Shown piece after piece: positions 1-12,000 of a stretch of DNA of 61,959 nucleotides (position 1 is its first letter; each line of letters begins with the position of its first letter). Below the pieces are notes generated by a model. The model ran no database searches. It was not told the DNA's origin and saw only the letters and a program-made list of their open reading frames with translations. A program made the position numbers and the translations under genes. Source of the stretch: Candidatus Danuiimicrobium aquiferis (lineage in GTDB: Bacteria > Omnitrophota > Omnitrophia > Omnitrophales > Danuiimicrobiaceae); the NCBI GenBank assembly GCA_001804285.1, contig MHFR01000045.1, positions 534-62,492 on the forward strand. Direction: 5' to 3'.

Positions 1-1
1 G

Positions 2-3000
2 AATGTGAACTGGAATGATTTACAGGTTTTGAGTGATGTCGGAGTGAACTGGGGTGATATGGAAGTTCTGAGTGATACAAATATTAATTGGCAAGACTTA
101 CAGATTATGAGTGATGTGGGGATTAATTGGTCAGATATGAAAACCTTGAATGATCAAAATATTAATTGGAGTGATTTGCAAATTCTGAGTGATAGCGGAA
201 TCAATTGGAGTGATTTGAAGGTTTTCACAGACGCAAATGTTAATTGGGATGACTTTAAAGTGATGACAGATACCGGGGTGAACTGGAGCGATTTTAAAGT
301 CATAAGTGAGGCTGGGATTAATTGGTCAGACTTAGAGGTTTTGAGTGATGCCGGGGTAAATTGGCTCGATATGAAGGTTTTGAGTGATACAAATGTGAAT
401 TGGGATGACCTTCAATTGCTTAGTGACAACAATATCAATTGGAATGATTTGGAAATATTAAGCGATGCAAATATTAATTGGAATGATCTTCAGATTATGA
501 CAGATGTTGGATTGAACTGGGACGATATGGTGATTATGACAAAGATCAATGTGAATTGGGATGACATGAAATCTATGAGTGATGCCGGAGTGAATTGGTC
601 ACTTTTTACAAGCCAAGGAGTAAACTGGGCGGATATCCGCGCGATGAGCATTGCCAATGTGAATTGGGGTGATCTACAAACGATGAGTGACTCAAATGTA
701 AATTGGAGTGATTGGAGAACAATGAGCGATATGGGAGTGAACTGGAATGACTTGCAGGTGCTGAGTGATGCGGGAGTGAACTGGAGCGATATGGAGGTTT
801 TGAGCAAGGCAAATGTAAACTGGGATGATCTGCAGGTGATAAGTGAAACGAATGTGAACTGGATTGACTTCAAGACCATGAGCGAATCTAATGTGAACTG
901 GAACGACTTGCGCATTTTAAGTGATGCGGGAGTCAATTGGTCTGATTTTAAGGTGTTGAGCGAGACAAATGTAAATTGGAATGACTTACAAGTGATGAGT
1001 GATGCGGGAGTGAATTGGAGCAATCTCCAAGTTCTTACTTTGGCTAATATTAATTGGATTGATTTACAGACAATGTCTGACACAGGAGTGAATTGGAGTG
1101 ATTTCAAGGTGTTGAGCGAGATGAATATCAACTGGGATGATTTACAGGCGCTAACCGATGCAGGAGTGAATTGGGCGGATATGAAGGTCTTTAGCGAGGC
1201 AAACGTAAATTGGAGTGATCTGGAAGTCATGACCGATGCGAATGTGAATTGGATGGATATGCAGGCATTAAGCGCAGCCAATATTAACTGGAATGATTTG
1301 CAGGTGATGTCGGATAGCCATACCAATTGGTCTGATTTTAAGGTGCTAAGTGAAGCTGGTGTTAACTGGGCTGATTTCCAGGAAATGAGCGAAGCTGGAG
1401 TGAATTGGTCGGATATGAAAGTTTTGAGTGATGCGAATATCAATTGGTCGGATATGCAAATGATGACAGAAATGCATGTCAATTGGGGAGACTTGGAGGC
1501 ACTTCATGATGCAAATATCAATTGGGATGATTTGCAAGTGTTGAGCATGACCAATGTTAATTGGGCTGACCTCGAGACGTTAACCACAGCAGGTGTTAAT
1601 TGGTCAGATATTCAAACTATGAGTGATGCCGGAGTGAACTGGAGTGATTTCGAAACGCTGAGCGAAACCAATATTAATTGGGAAGATTTGCGTGTGTTAA
1701 GCGAGGCTGGAGTAAATTGGGGAGATCTGAAATTGCTGAGTGATACAAACATCAACTGGAATGATTTGCAATTGCTGAGTGATACAAATGTCAATTGGTC
1801 TGACTTCCAAATCTTAAGTGATGCAAATGTCAATTGGAATGACTTGCAGGCTCTCAGTGACGCCGGAATTAATTGGGATGACTTCAAAGTGTTTAGTTCT
1901 GCTAATATAAATTGGGTTGATATGAAAGTTTTGAGCGATACCGGTCTAAACTGGGGTGATATGGAGGTATTGAGTAAGGCCAATGTGAATTGGGGAGATT
2001 TACAAGTCATGAGCGATGCGGGAGTGAATTGGAGTGATATGAAAGCGTTAAGTGATACAAATGTTAATTGGGATGATTTGCAGGCTTTGAGCGAAGCCGG
2101 AGTTAATTGGGGTGATTTACAAGTGATGAGTGATAACAATATTAACTGGATGGATATGCAAGTTCTCTCGCAGACAAATATTAATTGGAATGATTTTAAG
2201 ATGATGAGTGATGCCGGAGTAAATTGGAGTGATATGGAGGTCTTGAGTAAGGCTAATGTAAATTGGAATGATCTGCAGGTGTTGAGCGATATAGGGGTGA
2301 ATTGGGATGATTTTCAGGCGCTGAGTTATGCAAATGTGAATTGGGGAGACTTACAGGCCCTAAGTGATGCGGGCATTAATTGGGATGATATGAATATCTT
2401 GACCAAAGCGAATGTGAACTGGAATGATATGAAAATGCTGAGTGACGCTGGGATTAATTGGGGAGACCTAAAATTAATGAGTGATGCGGGAGTGAACTGG
2501 AATGATATGGAAGCGCTGAGCAAAACAAATGTTAATTGGGATGATATGCAAGCCCTGAGCGAAGCGAATATTAATTGGCAGGACTTGCAAACAATGAGTG
2601 ATGCAAATGTGAACTGGAATGACATGCAAACCATGAGCGATCGCAATGTTAATTGGGATGATCTCCGAATTTTGAGTGACGCGAATGTTAATTGGCAAGA
2701 TCTCGAACTTCTCTCTGACGCCGGAGTAAATTGGGAAAATATGCAAGTGATGAGTGATGCCGGGGTGAATTGGGGGGATATGGAAGTCTTGAGTAAAGCG
2801 AATGTAAATTGGAATGACTTGCAGGTGATGAGTGAAGCCGGGGTGAACTGGGGTGATATGGAAATCTTGAGTAAAGCGAATGTAAATTGGAATGACTTGC
2901 AGGTCATGAGTGATGCCGGGGTGAACTGGGGTGATATGGAAGTCTTGAGTAAAGCGAATGTAAACTGGAATGACTTGCAGGTCATGAGTGATGCCGGGGT

Positions 3001-6000
3001 GAACTGGAGTGATATGGAAGTATTGAGTAAAGCGAATGTAAATTGGAATGATTTACAGGTTCTGAGTGATGCGGGAGTGAACTGGAGTGATATGGAAGTA
3101 TTGAGTAAAGCGAATGTAAATTGGGGAGACTTACAGGTGATGAGTGACGCCGGAGTAAACTGGAGTGATATGGAGGTCTTGAGTAAAGCGAATGTGAATT
3201 GGAGTGACCTACAGGTATTAAGTGACGCCGGGGTGAACTGGAGTGATTTGGAAACATTGAGTAAGACAAACGTGAATTGGGCAGATCTTCGTTCATTGAG
3301 TGATGCCGGGGTGAATTGGGGGGATATGGAAGTCTTGAGTAAAGCGAATGTGAACTGGAGTGATTTGAATGTGTTAAGTGAAGCTGGGGTGAATTGGGCG
3401 GATATGAAAGTATTAACTGATGCGGGAATTAATTGGGGTGACATGCAGGTTTTCAGCGACGCGAATGTGAATTGGAATGACATGAAAGCGTTAAGCGATA
3501 CAAATGTGAATTGGTTTGATCTGCAAATGATGAGCGATGCTGGGGTGAATTGGTCTGATATGAAAATCCTAGGTGATACGAATGTGAATTGGACGGATTT
3601 TCAAATCATGAGCGATGTTGGAGTGAATTGGAGTGATATGGAAGTTTTAAGCAAAGCGAATGTAAATTGGAACGACTTTCAAGTGTTGAGTGACGCCGGC
3701 GTGAATTGGGCGGATCTTAAAGTTCTTTCGGATACGAACGTGAACTGGGTGGACTTGCAAATTATGAGTGATGAGGGTGTTAATTGGATCGATCTGCAAG
3801 GGTTAAGCCGAGCCAACATTAATTGGAATGACATTCAAAACTTAAGTGATGCCAATGTTAATTGGGACGATTTACGTCTGCTTGGTAATGCCAATGTGAA
3901 TTGGAGTGATTTGCAAGTTTTGACAGATAATAACATTAACTGGTCCGACCTGAAAGTATTGAGTGATACGGGGGTAAACTGGGATGATTTGCAGGCTTTG
4001 AGCGATGCCGGAGTGAACTGGTCGGATATGAAAGCTTTAAGTCAGGCAAATGTTAACTGGTCTGATTTGCAAATGCTGAGCGATTCGAATATTAATTGGC
4101 TTGATATGCAGACTTTTAGCGATGCTAATGTGAATTGGCAGGATTTGCGTTTGTTGAGTGACGCCGGAGTGAACTGGAGTGATTTCGAAGTTATGAGTAA
4201 AGCAAATGTGAATTGGGATGAATTCAAAACTCTGAGCGAAGCAAATGTGAATTGGGGAGATTTACAGGTATTGAGTGATGCTGGCATCAATTGGGATGAC
4301 TTGAAGACTTTGAGCGCGACAAATATTAATTGGGAAGATCTCAAGGCGATGAGTGACACGAATGTGAATTGGCTCGATATGAAAGCGCTTGGAGATGCCA
4401 ATGTCAATTGGGATGATTTACAAATTATGTCTGACAACAATGTGAATTGGTTGGATATGAAAGCTTTGAGTGATGCCGGCGTGAATTGGAGTGATTTACA
4501 GGTCATGAGTGATGTGGGAGTGAATTGGAGTGACATGAAAGTTTTCTCCGAAGCGAATGTGAATTGGTCTGATATAAAAACCATGGCAGACATGGGGGTC
4601 AATTGGATAGACATGGAAGCCATGAGTGACGCGGGGGTCAATTGGGACGATCTTCGGGTTCTGAGTCAGACGAATGTAAATTGGAGCGATCTGGAAATAT
4701 TAAGCACTGCGAATGTGAATTGGAATGATTTGCAGACATTGACTGATGCCGGGGTGAACTGGAGTGATATGGAAGTCTTAAGTAAGGCGGATATAAACTG
4801 GAACGACTTACAGGTGATGAGTGATGCAGGAGTCAACTGGAGTGATATGGAAGTGCTGAGTAAGGCGAATGTAAATTGGGGCGATTTGCAAGCGTTGAGC
4901 GATGCCAATGTGAATTGGAATGATCTTCAGGTACTTACCGATGCGGGCGTGAATTGGGACGATATGCAGATCCTTAGCAAAGCAAATATCAATTGGAGTG
5001 ATTTTGGGACATTGAGTAAAGCCGGCGTCAATTGGTCTGATTTGCAGGTGATGAGTGATACCCATGTAAATTGGAATGATTTAAAGACTCTCTCTGATGC
5101 CGGAATCAACTGGAGTGACCTTAAAGTCATGGCTGAGACCAATGTAAACTGGGAAGATCTCAAAGCCTTAAGTGATATGGGAGTTAATTGGGCTGATCTG
5201 AAGAGCCTTGGCGATGCAAATGTGAATTGGTCTGATTTGCAGTCTATGTCGGATGCCGGAGTAAATTGGCTGGATCTGCAAACTCTAAGTAAGGCTAACG
5301 TCAATTGGTCTGATTTTCAGGGTTTGTCAGAAGCAAATATTAATTGGGCCGATTTGCAAACCATGAGTGATGCCGGAGTGAACTGGAGTGATTTTAAGAC
5401 GCTGAGTGAGGCGAATGTGAATTGGGGAGATCTGCAAGCGATGAGTGACGCTGGGGTGAACTGGAACGATATGGAGGTGTTGAGTAAATCGAATGTGAAT
5501 TGGGATGATTTGCAGGTTCTGAGTGATATGGGGTTGAACTGGGCAGATTTCCAAGTATTAAGCGACACGGGTATCAATTGGGCTGATTTAGGCATTCTCG
5601 GTAACAGTAATATCAATTGGGCTGATCTGCAGGTCATGAGTGATCAAGGAGTGAATTGGGCAGATTTTGAAACTCTTAGCAAGGCCAATATTAATTGGAA
5701 TGATTTCCAGGCTTTGAGTGCTGCCAATGTGAATTGGGTGGACCTCAGGATCTTGAGTCAAGCCAATGTTAACTGGAGCGATTTGCAGACATTGAGCGAT
5801 GCCGGAGTAAATTGGAATGATTTCCAGGTGATGAGTGATGCTGGGGTGAATTGGGAAGACATGAAACTTCTAAGCGAGGCAAATGTCAATTGGGGTGACT
5901 TTGAAGCGTTGAGTGATGCGAATGTGAATTGGAATGACTTGCAAGTTCTCAGCGATGCAGGAGTAAACTGGTCAGATATGCAAATCCTGACTCAAGCGAA

Positions 6001-9000
6001 TGTGAACTGGGGGGATTTAGAGGTTTTGAGCGATGCGAATGTGAATTGGTCTGATTTGGCGATTCTTGCTGCATCAAATGTGAATTGGGGAGATTTACAG
6101 GTGATGAGTGATGCGGGGGTGAATTGGAGTGATATGGAAGTGCTCAGTAAAGCGAATATAAATTGGAATGATTTGGAAGTAATGAGTGATGCGGGAGTGA
6201 ATTGGTCTGATATGGAAGTTTTGAGTAAGGCGAACGTGAATTGGGATGACTTACAGGTACTGAGCGCCGCCGGGGTGAACTGGGGTGATATGGAGGTATT
6301 AAGTAAAGCGAATGTGAACTGGAACAACTTACAGGTGATGAGTGACGCTGGAGTAAACTGGGGTGACATGGAGGTACTCAGTAAAGCGAATGTGAATTGG
6401 AATGACTTACAGGTTCTCAGTGATGCCGGGGTAAACTGGAGCGACATGGAAATAATGAGCAAGGGGAATGTGAATTGGAATGACTTGCAGGTTCTGAGTG
6501 ATGCGGGAGTGAACTGGAGTGATCTGGAAGTGCTGAGCAAGGCGAATGTGAATTGGGGAGACTTACAGGTTCTGAGTGATGCTGGAGTGAACTGGAGTGA
6601 TATGGAAGTTTTAAGTAAAGCGAATGTGAATTGGGGAGACTTACAGGTGATGAGTGATGCGGGCGTGAATTGGGCAGATATGAATGTGCTAACAGATGCA
6701 AATGTAAATTGGGATGATTTGAATGTGTTGAGTAAAGCGAACGTAAATTGGTTCGACATGCAAACGATGAGCGATGCCGGAGTGAATTGGAGCGACTTTA
6801 AAGTGCTGAGTGAAGCGAATGTGAATTGGGATGATTTACAAACACTCTCTGATACCGGTATCAACTGGCTTGATTTTAAAGTTTTGTCGGATGCCGGTAT
6901 TAATTGGTCTGATTTCCAGGTCATGGCAGACGCGAATGTGAATTGGAGTGATATGAAGGCCATGAGTGAAATGGGAGTGAATTGGCTGGATTTGGAGTCG
7001 ATGCATGACGCAAATATTAATTGGAGTGATTTACATGCCCTGAGCGAAACCCAAATTAATTGGGATGACCTGCAAGTTCTATCCAAGGCGAACATTAATT
7101 GGAGCGATTTTAAGACTCTCACCGAAGCCGGAGTGAACTGGAGCGATCTCCAAACCATGAGCGATGCGAATGTCAATTGGTCAGATATTCGAACATTGAG
7201 CGAAACCAATGTGAACTGGGATGATTTGCAGTCTCTGAGTGAAGCCGGAATTAATTGGGGCGATTTCAAGGTCATGAGCGATATCGGAATTAACTGGAGT
7301 GATATGCGGGTGTTGAGTGAGACGAATATCAATTGGAGTGATATGAAAAATATGAGTGATGCGGGGGTGAATTGGCTTGATCTTGAAGCCCTGAGTGATT
7401 CAAACGTGAATTGGAATGATCTTCAGCTGATGTCGGATTCAAATTTGAACTGGAATGATTTCCGTGCATTGAGTGACATGGGAATCAATTGGAGTGATAT
7501 AGAAGTGATGACCGATGCCGGCGTGAATTGGTCAGATTTTAAGGTGCTGAGCGAGACGAACGTGAATTGGAATGACTTGCAGGTGATGAGTGATGCAGGT
7601 GTCAATTGGAGTGATATGGGAGTTTTGAGTTCGGCGAATGTCAATTGGAATGACTTGCAGGTGCTGAGTGATGCGGGAGTCAATTGGAATGATTTTAAGG
7701 TTCTCGGAGAGGCGAATATTAATTGGGATGATTTCCAGAATATGACCGATGCAAATGTCAATTGGGATGATTTAAATATTCTTTCAAAAACGAATGTCAA
7801 CTGGTCTGATTTGCAAGCCATGGCGGATATGGGCGTGAATTGGGGAGATCTCAAAGTGTTGAGTGACGCGGGAGTGAACTGGTCAGATATGCAGGCGCTT
7901 ACCGCAGCGAATGTGAATTGGTCTGGCCTGAAATCGCTGAGTGATGCCGGAATCAATTGGACAGATCTTGAAATCATGAGCGATGCCGGGGTGAATTGGG
8001 CGGATATGAAAGTTCTGAGTGAGGCGATAGTCAATTGGGATGATATTAAGGCGCTCAGTGAAGCCGGTGTGAATTGGAACGATTTCCAAGCATTGAGTGC
8101 CGCGAACGTGAATTGGACGGATCTCAATGCGCTAAGCGATGCGAATGTCAATTGGCTTGATCTTAAACAGTTGAGCGAGGCAAATGTGAACTGGGCAAAT
8201 CTGCAAACGATGAGTGATGCGGGGGTGAACTGGAGTGATATGGAAGTATTGAGTAAAGCGAATGTGAACTGGTCTGATTTTCAAACTTTGAGTGATGCAA
8301 ATGTGAACTGGTCTGATTTTCAAGTCTTGAGCGATGCCAACGTAAACTGGAATGATATGCAACTATTGAGTCAGGCGAATATTAATTGGAATGACATTAA
8401 AACGTTGAACGATGCGAATGTGAATTGGAACGATTTGCAAGTCCTGAGCGATGCGGGAGTGAATTGGAGTGATTTCGAAGTGATGAGCGACACGAATATC
8501 AATTGGAATGAGATTAAATCGCTCAGCGATACCGGTATTAATTGGTCAGATATTAAAACGTTTGCGGATACGAATATTAACTGGAGCGATCTCAAGGCTT
8601 TATCGGATGTCGGTATCAATTGGAGTGATATGCAGTTGCTCGCTAATGCAAACATCAATTGGACTGATCTAAAGGTCCTAAGTGATGCCGGCGTGAATTG
8701 GGGAGACCTCAATATTTTGAGTCAAGCGAATGTGAATTGGACGGATCTCCAGACGATGAGCGATGCCGGGGTGAATTGGTCCGACCTCGGTGCGTTGAGC
8801 ACGGCTAACGTGAATTGGAGCGATCTTGAATTGATGAGTGATGCCAATGTTAACTGGCAGGAAATGAAAGTGTTGAGCGATAATAATATTAACTGGTCTG
8901 ATCTCCAGGCGATGAGCGATGCGGGAATTAATTGGAATGATTTCGAAGTGTTAAGCAAAACAAATGTGAATTGGGATGATTTGCAAGTTTTGAGCGATGC

Positions 9001-12000
9001 TGGAGTGAATTGGTCCGATATGAATATTTTGAGCCGCGCGAATGTTAATTGGAGTGATATTCAAACGCTTGCGGATGCAAACATTAATTGGTCGGACTTG
9101 GAAGTGCTGAGCGATACCGGTGTCAATTGGGATGATATGAAAGCACTTTCGGATGCGGGCGTGAATTGGAATGATTTGGAAGTAATGAGTGATGCGGGAG
9201 TGAATTGGTCTGATATGAAAGTTTTGGCGGACAGCAATGTGAATTGGAGTGATTTGCAGGTTTTGGGTGATGCCGGAATCAATTGGAACGATTTCCAAGC
9301 ACTTACCCTTGCCGGAGTCAATTGGGAAGATATGCGTATTTTATCGGCGGCAAACGTCAATTGGGATGGGATGAAAGCGCTGAGTGATGGAAATGTGAAC
9401 TGGGCTGATATGCAACTACTAACCGATGCGGGCGTCAATTGGAATGATCTCAAATTGATGAGTGAATCTAATGTGAATTGGACCAACTTCGAAGTGATGA
9501 GTTCTTCTGGAATCAATTGGGATGACATTAATCTGTTAAGCCGTGCCGGGGTTAATTGGGATGGATTGTCGGCATTGGCGGATTCCAATATCAATTGGGA
9601 TGATTTACAGATCATGTCCAAGGCAGGCGTGAATTGGGGTGATTTTAAGGCGCTCAGCGAAGCGAATGTCAATTGGAATGATTTACAAGTGATGAGTGAT
9701 ACGGGAGTGAATTGGAATGATTTACAAATGATGAGTGATATGGGAGTGAATTGGAATGATATGCAGAGCTTAACCGATGCGGGAGTGAACTGGGCTGATT
9801 TGAAAACCTTGAGCGATGTGGGAGTGAATTGGAATGATTTCAAAGTTTTAGGCGATGCGAATATTAATTGGGATGATTTGCAGACTTTAACTGATAATGG
9901 TATCAATTGGTTGGACTTTAGAGGGTTAAGCGAAGCCAATGTGAATTGGATAGGATTGGAGGCATTAGCCAAAGCAAATGTGAATTGGGAGGACCTCCGA
10001 AGCATGAGCGACGAGGGAATTAATTGGAGTGATTTTTCCTCTCTCACAGCTTCGAATATCAATTGGTCAGACTTGAAAATTATGGCTGAATCTGGTGTGA
10101 ATTGGGGTGATTTGAGCGCCCTCAGCGAGTCTAATATTAATTGGGAAGATTTGCAAAATATGACCGACGGGAATGTCAATTGGGAAGGTCTTGGTGAGAT
10201 GAGCGATGCCAATGTGAATTGGTCTGATTTTCAAGTCATGAGTGATGCTAAAGTTAACTGGCTGGAACTGTCGGAATTGAGCGAGCAAAATATTAATTGG
10301 GTCGGGATGAAGAACCTTACGGAGGCGCAAATTGATTGGACCAATTTAGCGCAATTAACAACCGCTGGAGTGAACTGGGATAGTTTAGCATCACTGTCTG
10401 GAGCGGATGTGAATTGGGATTCTCTGGAAGTAATGAGTACGGCGGGAGTGAATTGGGACGGAATTGACGAGCTGAGCCGCGCAGGAGTGAACTGGAATGA
10501 TTTGAAATTGATGAGTGAAGCGAGTATTAATTGGGGTGATTTTCAAGTGATGTCGAATATAAATCTAAACTGGGAAGACCTTCAGACGCTCAGTGATGTC
10601 GGCATCAATTGGAGTGACTTTAAATTGATGAGCGATACGGGGATCAATTGGAGTGATATGGGTGTGATGGCGGAGGCAAATGTCAATTGGGAAGAAATCC
10701 GGACCATGTCTGAAATTAATGTGAATTGGTTAGATTTGAGAAGCTTGACGGAAGCTGGTATTAATTGGAATGATATCGGCGCATTTTCCGAAGCCGGCAT
10801 CAATTGGAGCGATATCAAAGTTCTCTCACAAGCTGGGGTGAATTGGAATGACCTTCAATCGTTGACTGAAGCCGGCATTAATTGGTCAGATCTTGGTACG
10901 ATGACTGAAGCCGGGGTGAATTGGCTGGATCTCAAAGTACTTGCCGAAACGAATGTGAATTGGGATGATTTGCAGTCGATGACGCAGGCGGGAATTAATT
11001 GGAGCGATATGGGTGCGTTAACGAAAGCCGGCGTAAATTGGGTGGATTTGAAGGTAGTGACGGAAACTAATATTAACTGGGATGATCTTGGTTATATGAC
11101 AGGGACCGGGATTAATTGGACCGATGTTCAAGGCCGGTCGGTATCGCATATTAATTGGTCCAGTATTGCCGGATTAGCCGGTTCGAATATTAATTGGTTA
11201 GATATGGCGACTATCAGTGATCGCGTTGACGGGCTGATAACCGATTTAACGGATACGCTCAATACGGTGACAACGATGAACACAACCATAGGCACAACCG
11301 GAGATACAAGTGCTGCTGATACACTATTTGGGAAATCGATGTTAATTTTGGATGGTGTAAACGGGATCAATGCTGACAATATCGATACGCTTGTCGAGAT
11401 GTTAGGAGATCCATCTGACCTAGCGACGACAGATACAGTTTTCGGCAAGATCGCGGCTTCGAGGGCAGTGATCGACAGCGTGAGTTCAACATTGGGCGCG
11501 ACGACCGATACTTCCGCAACTGCTTCACTCTATGGAAAGGTTTTAGGGGTTGAGGAAGCATTAGATGAATTGGATGAAGGTACGTTGACACAGTTGGCTA
11601 CCCTTTCGACAACCATTGGTTCCACCACAGATGCATCAACTGCGGAAACGCTGTTTGGCAAAGTGGCAGCAAGTAGAGCATTGGTTGGAACAACTTCGGA
11701 TGCAACTTCAACCTTGAGCGTATTTGGAAAATTAGCCAAGCTAACTTCCGCTCTGGACAATGTTGACGGGACAACCAATAGCATTTTAGAACAAACCAAA
11801 GGATTGAGTAATACACTTACGGGGTCAGACAGTCAATCGATACAAAGCAAGATTGAAAACTTGAAGGGTCTTGTTGAACAATTGAATGGGTTAACCAGCA
11901 CGATGGCAACAGAAAACTTGCAGCAACATGTCGTATCCCAGCAGCTGATCAACACGTTAATCGATAAGGTCAACCAAAGTGCTTCGGATCTCGGATTTAT

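Larger units (their letters stand above)
2..11220 (+). repeat. Coding tandem repeat array: 39-nt (13-aa) unit organised as a 78-nt (26-aa) super-unit, ~285 units
   Basis: AAY-TGG (Asn-Trp) recurs every 39 nt in one frame, from the window edge to the last NW at 11192-11197. Units mostly alternate between ...SDAG-VNW... and ...S(K/D/E)xN-VNW... . There is one short 30-nt unit at 593-622 (NWSLFTSQGV). Confidence 0.95.

Noticed and set aside
2741-3375. Regularly spaced near-identical 78-nt repeats that a CRISPR finder might flag
   Set aside because: There are no unique spacers between the repeats. The repeats are contiguous, in frame, and part of a continuous ORF. No cas genes are in the window.
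490-10818. Many long minus-strand and alternate-frame ORFs inside the giant gene (e.g. 490..1482, 2326..3483, 5992..7332, 9061..10212; up to 446 aa)
   Set aside because: They are shadow ORFs. The 39-nt repeat simply lacks stop codons in several frames. Their translations are themselves low-complexity periodic strings (..SLQFTPASL..) with no start or RBS context. All of them are nested in the much longer + strand frame, which has the coherent amino-acid conservation.
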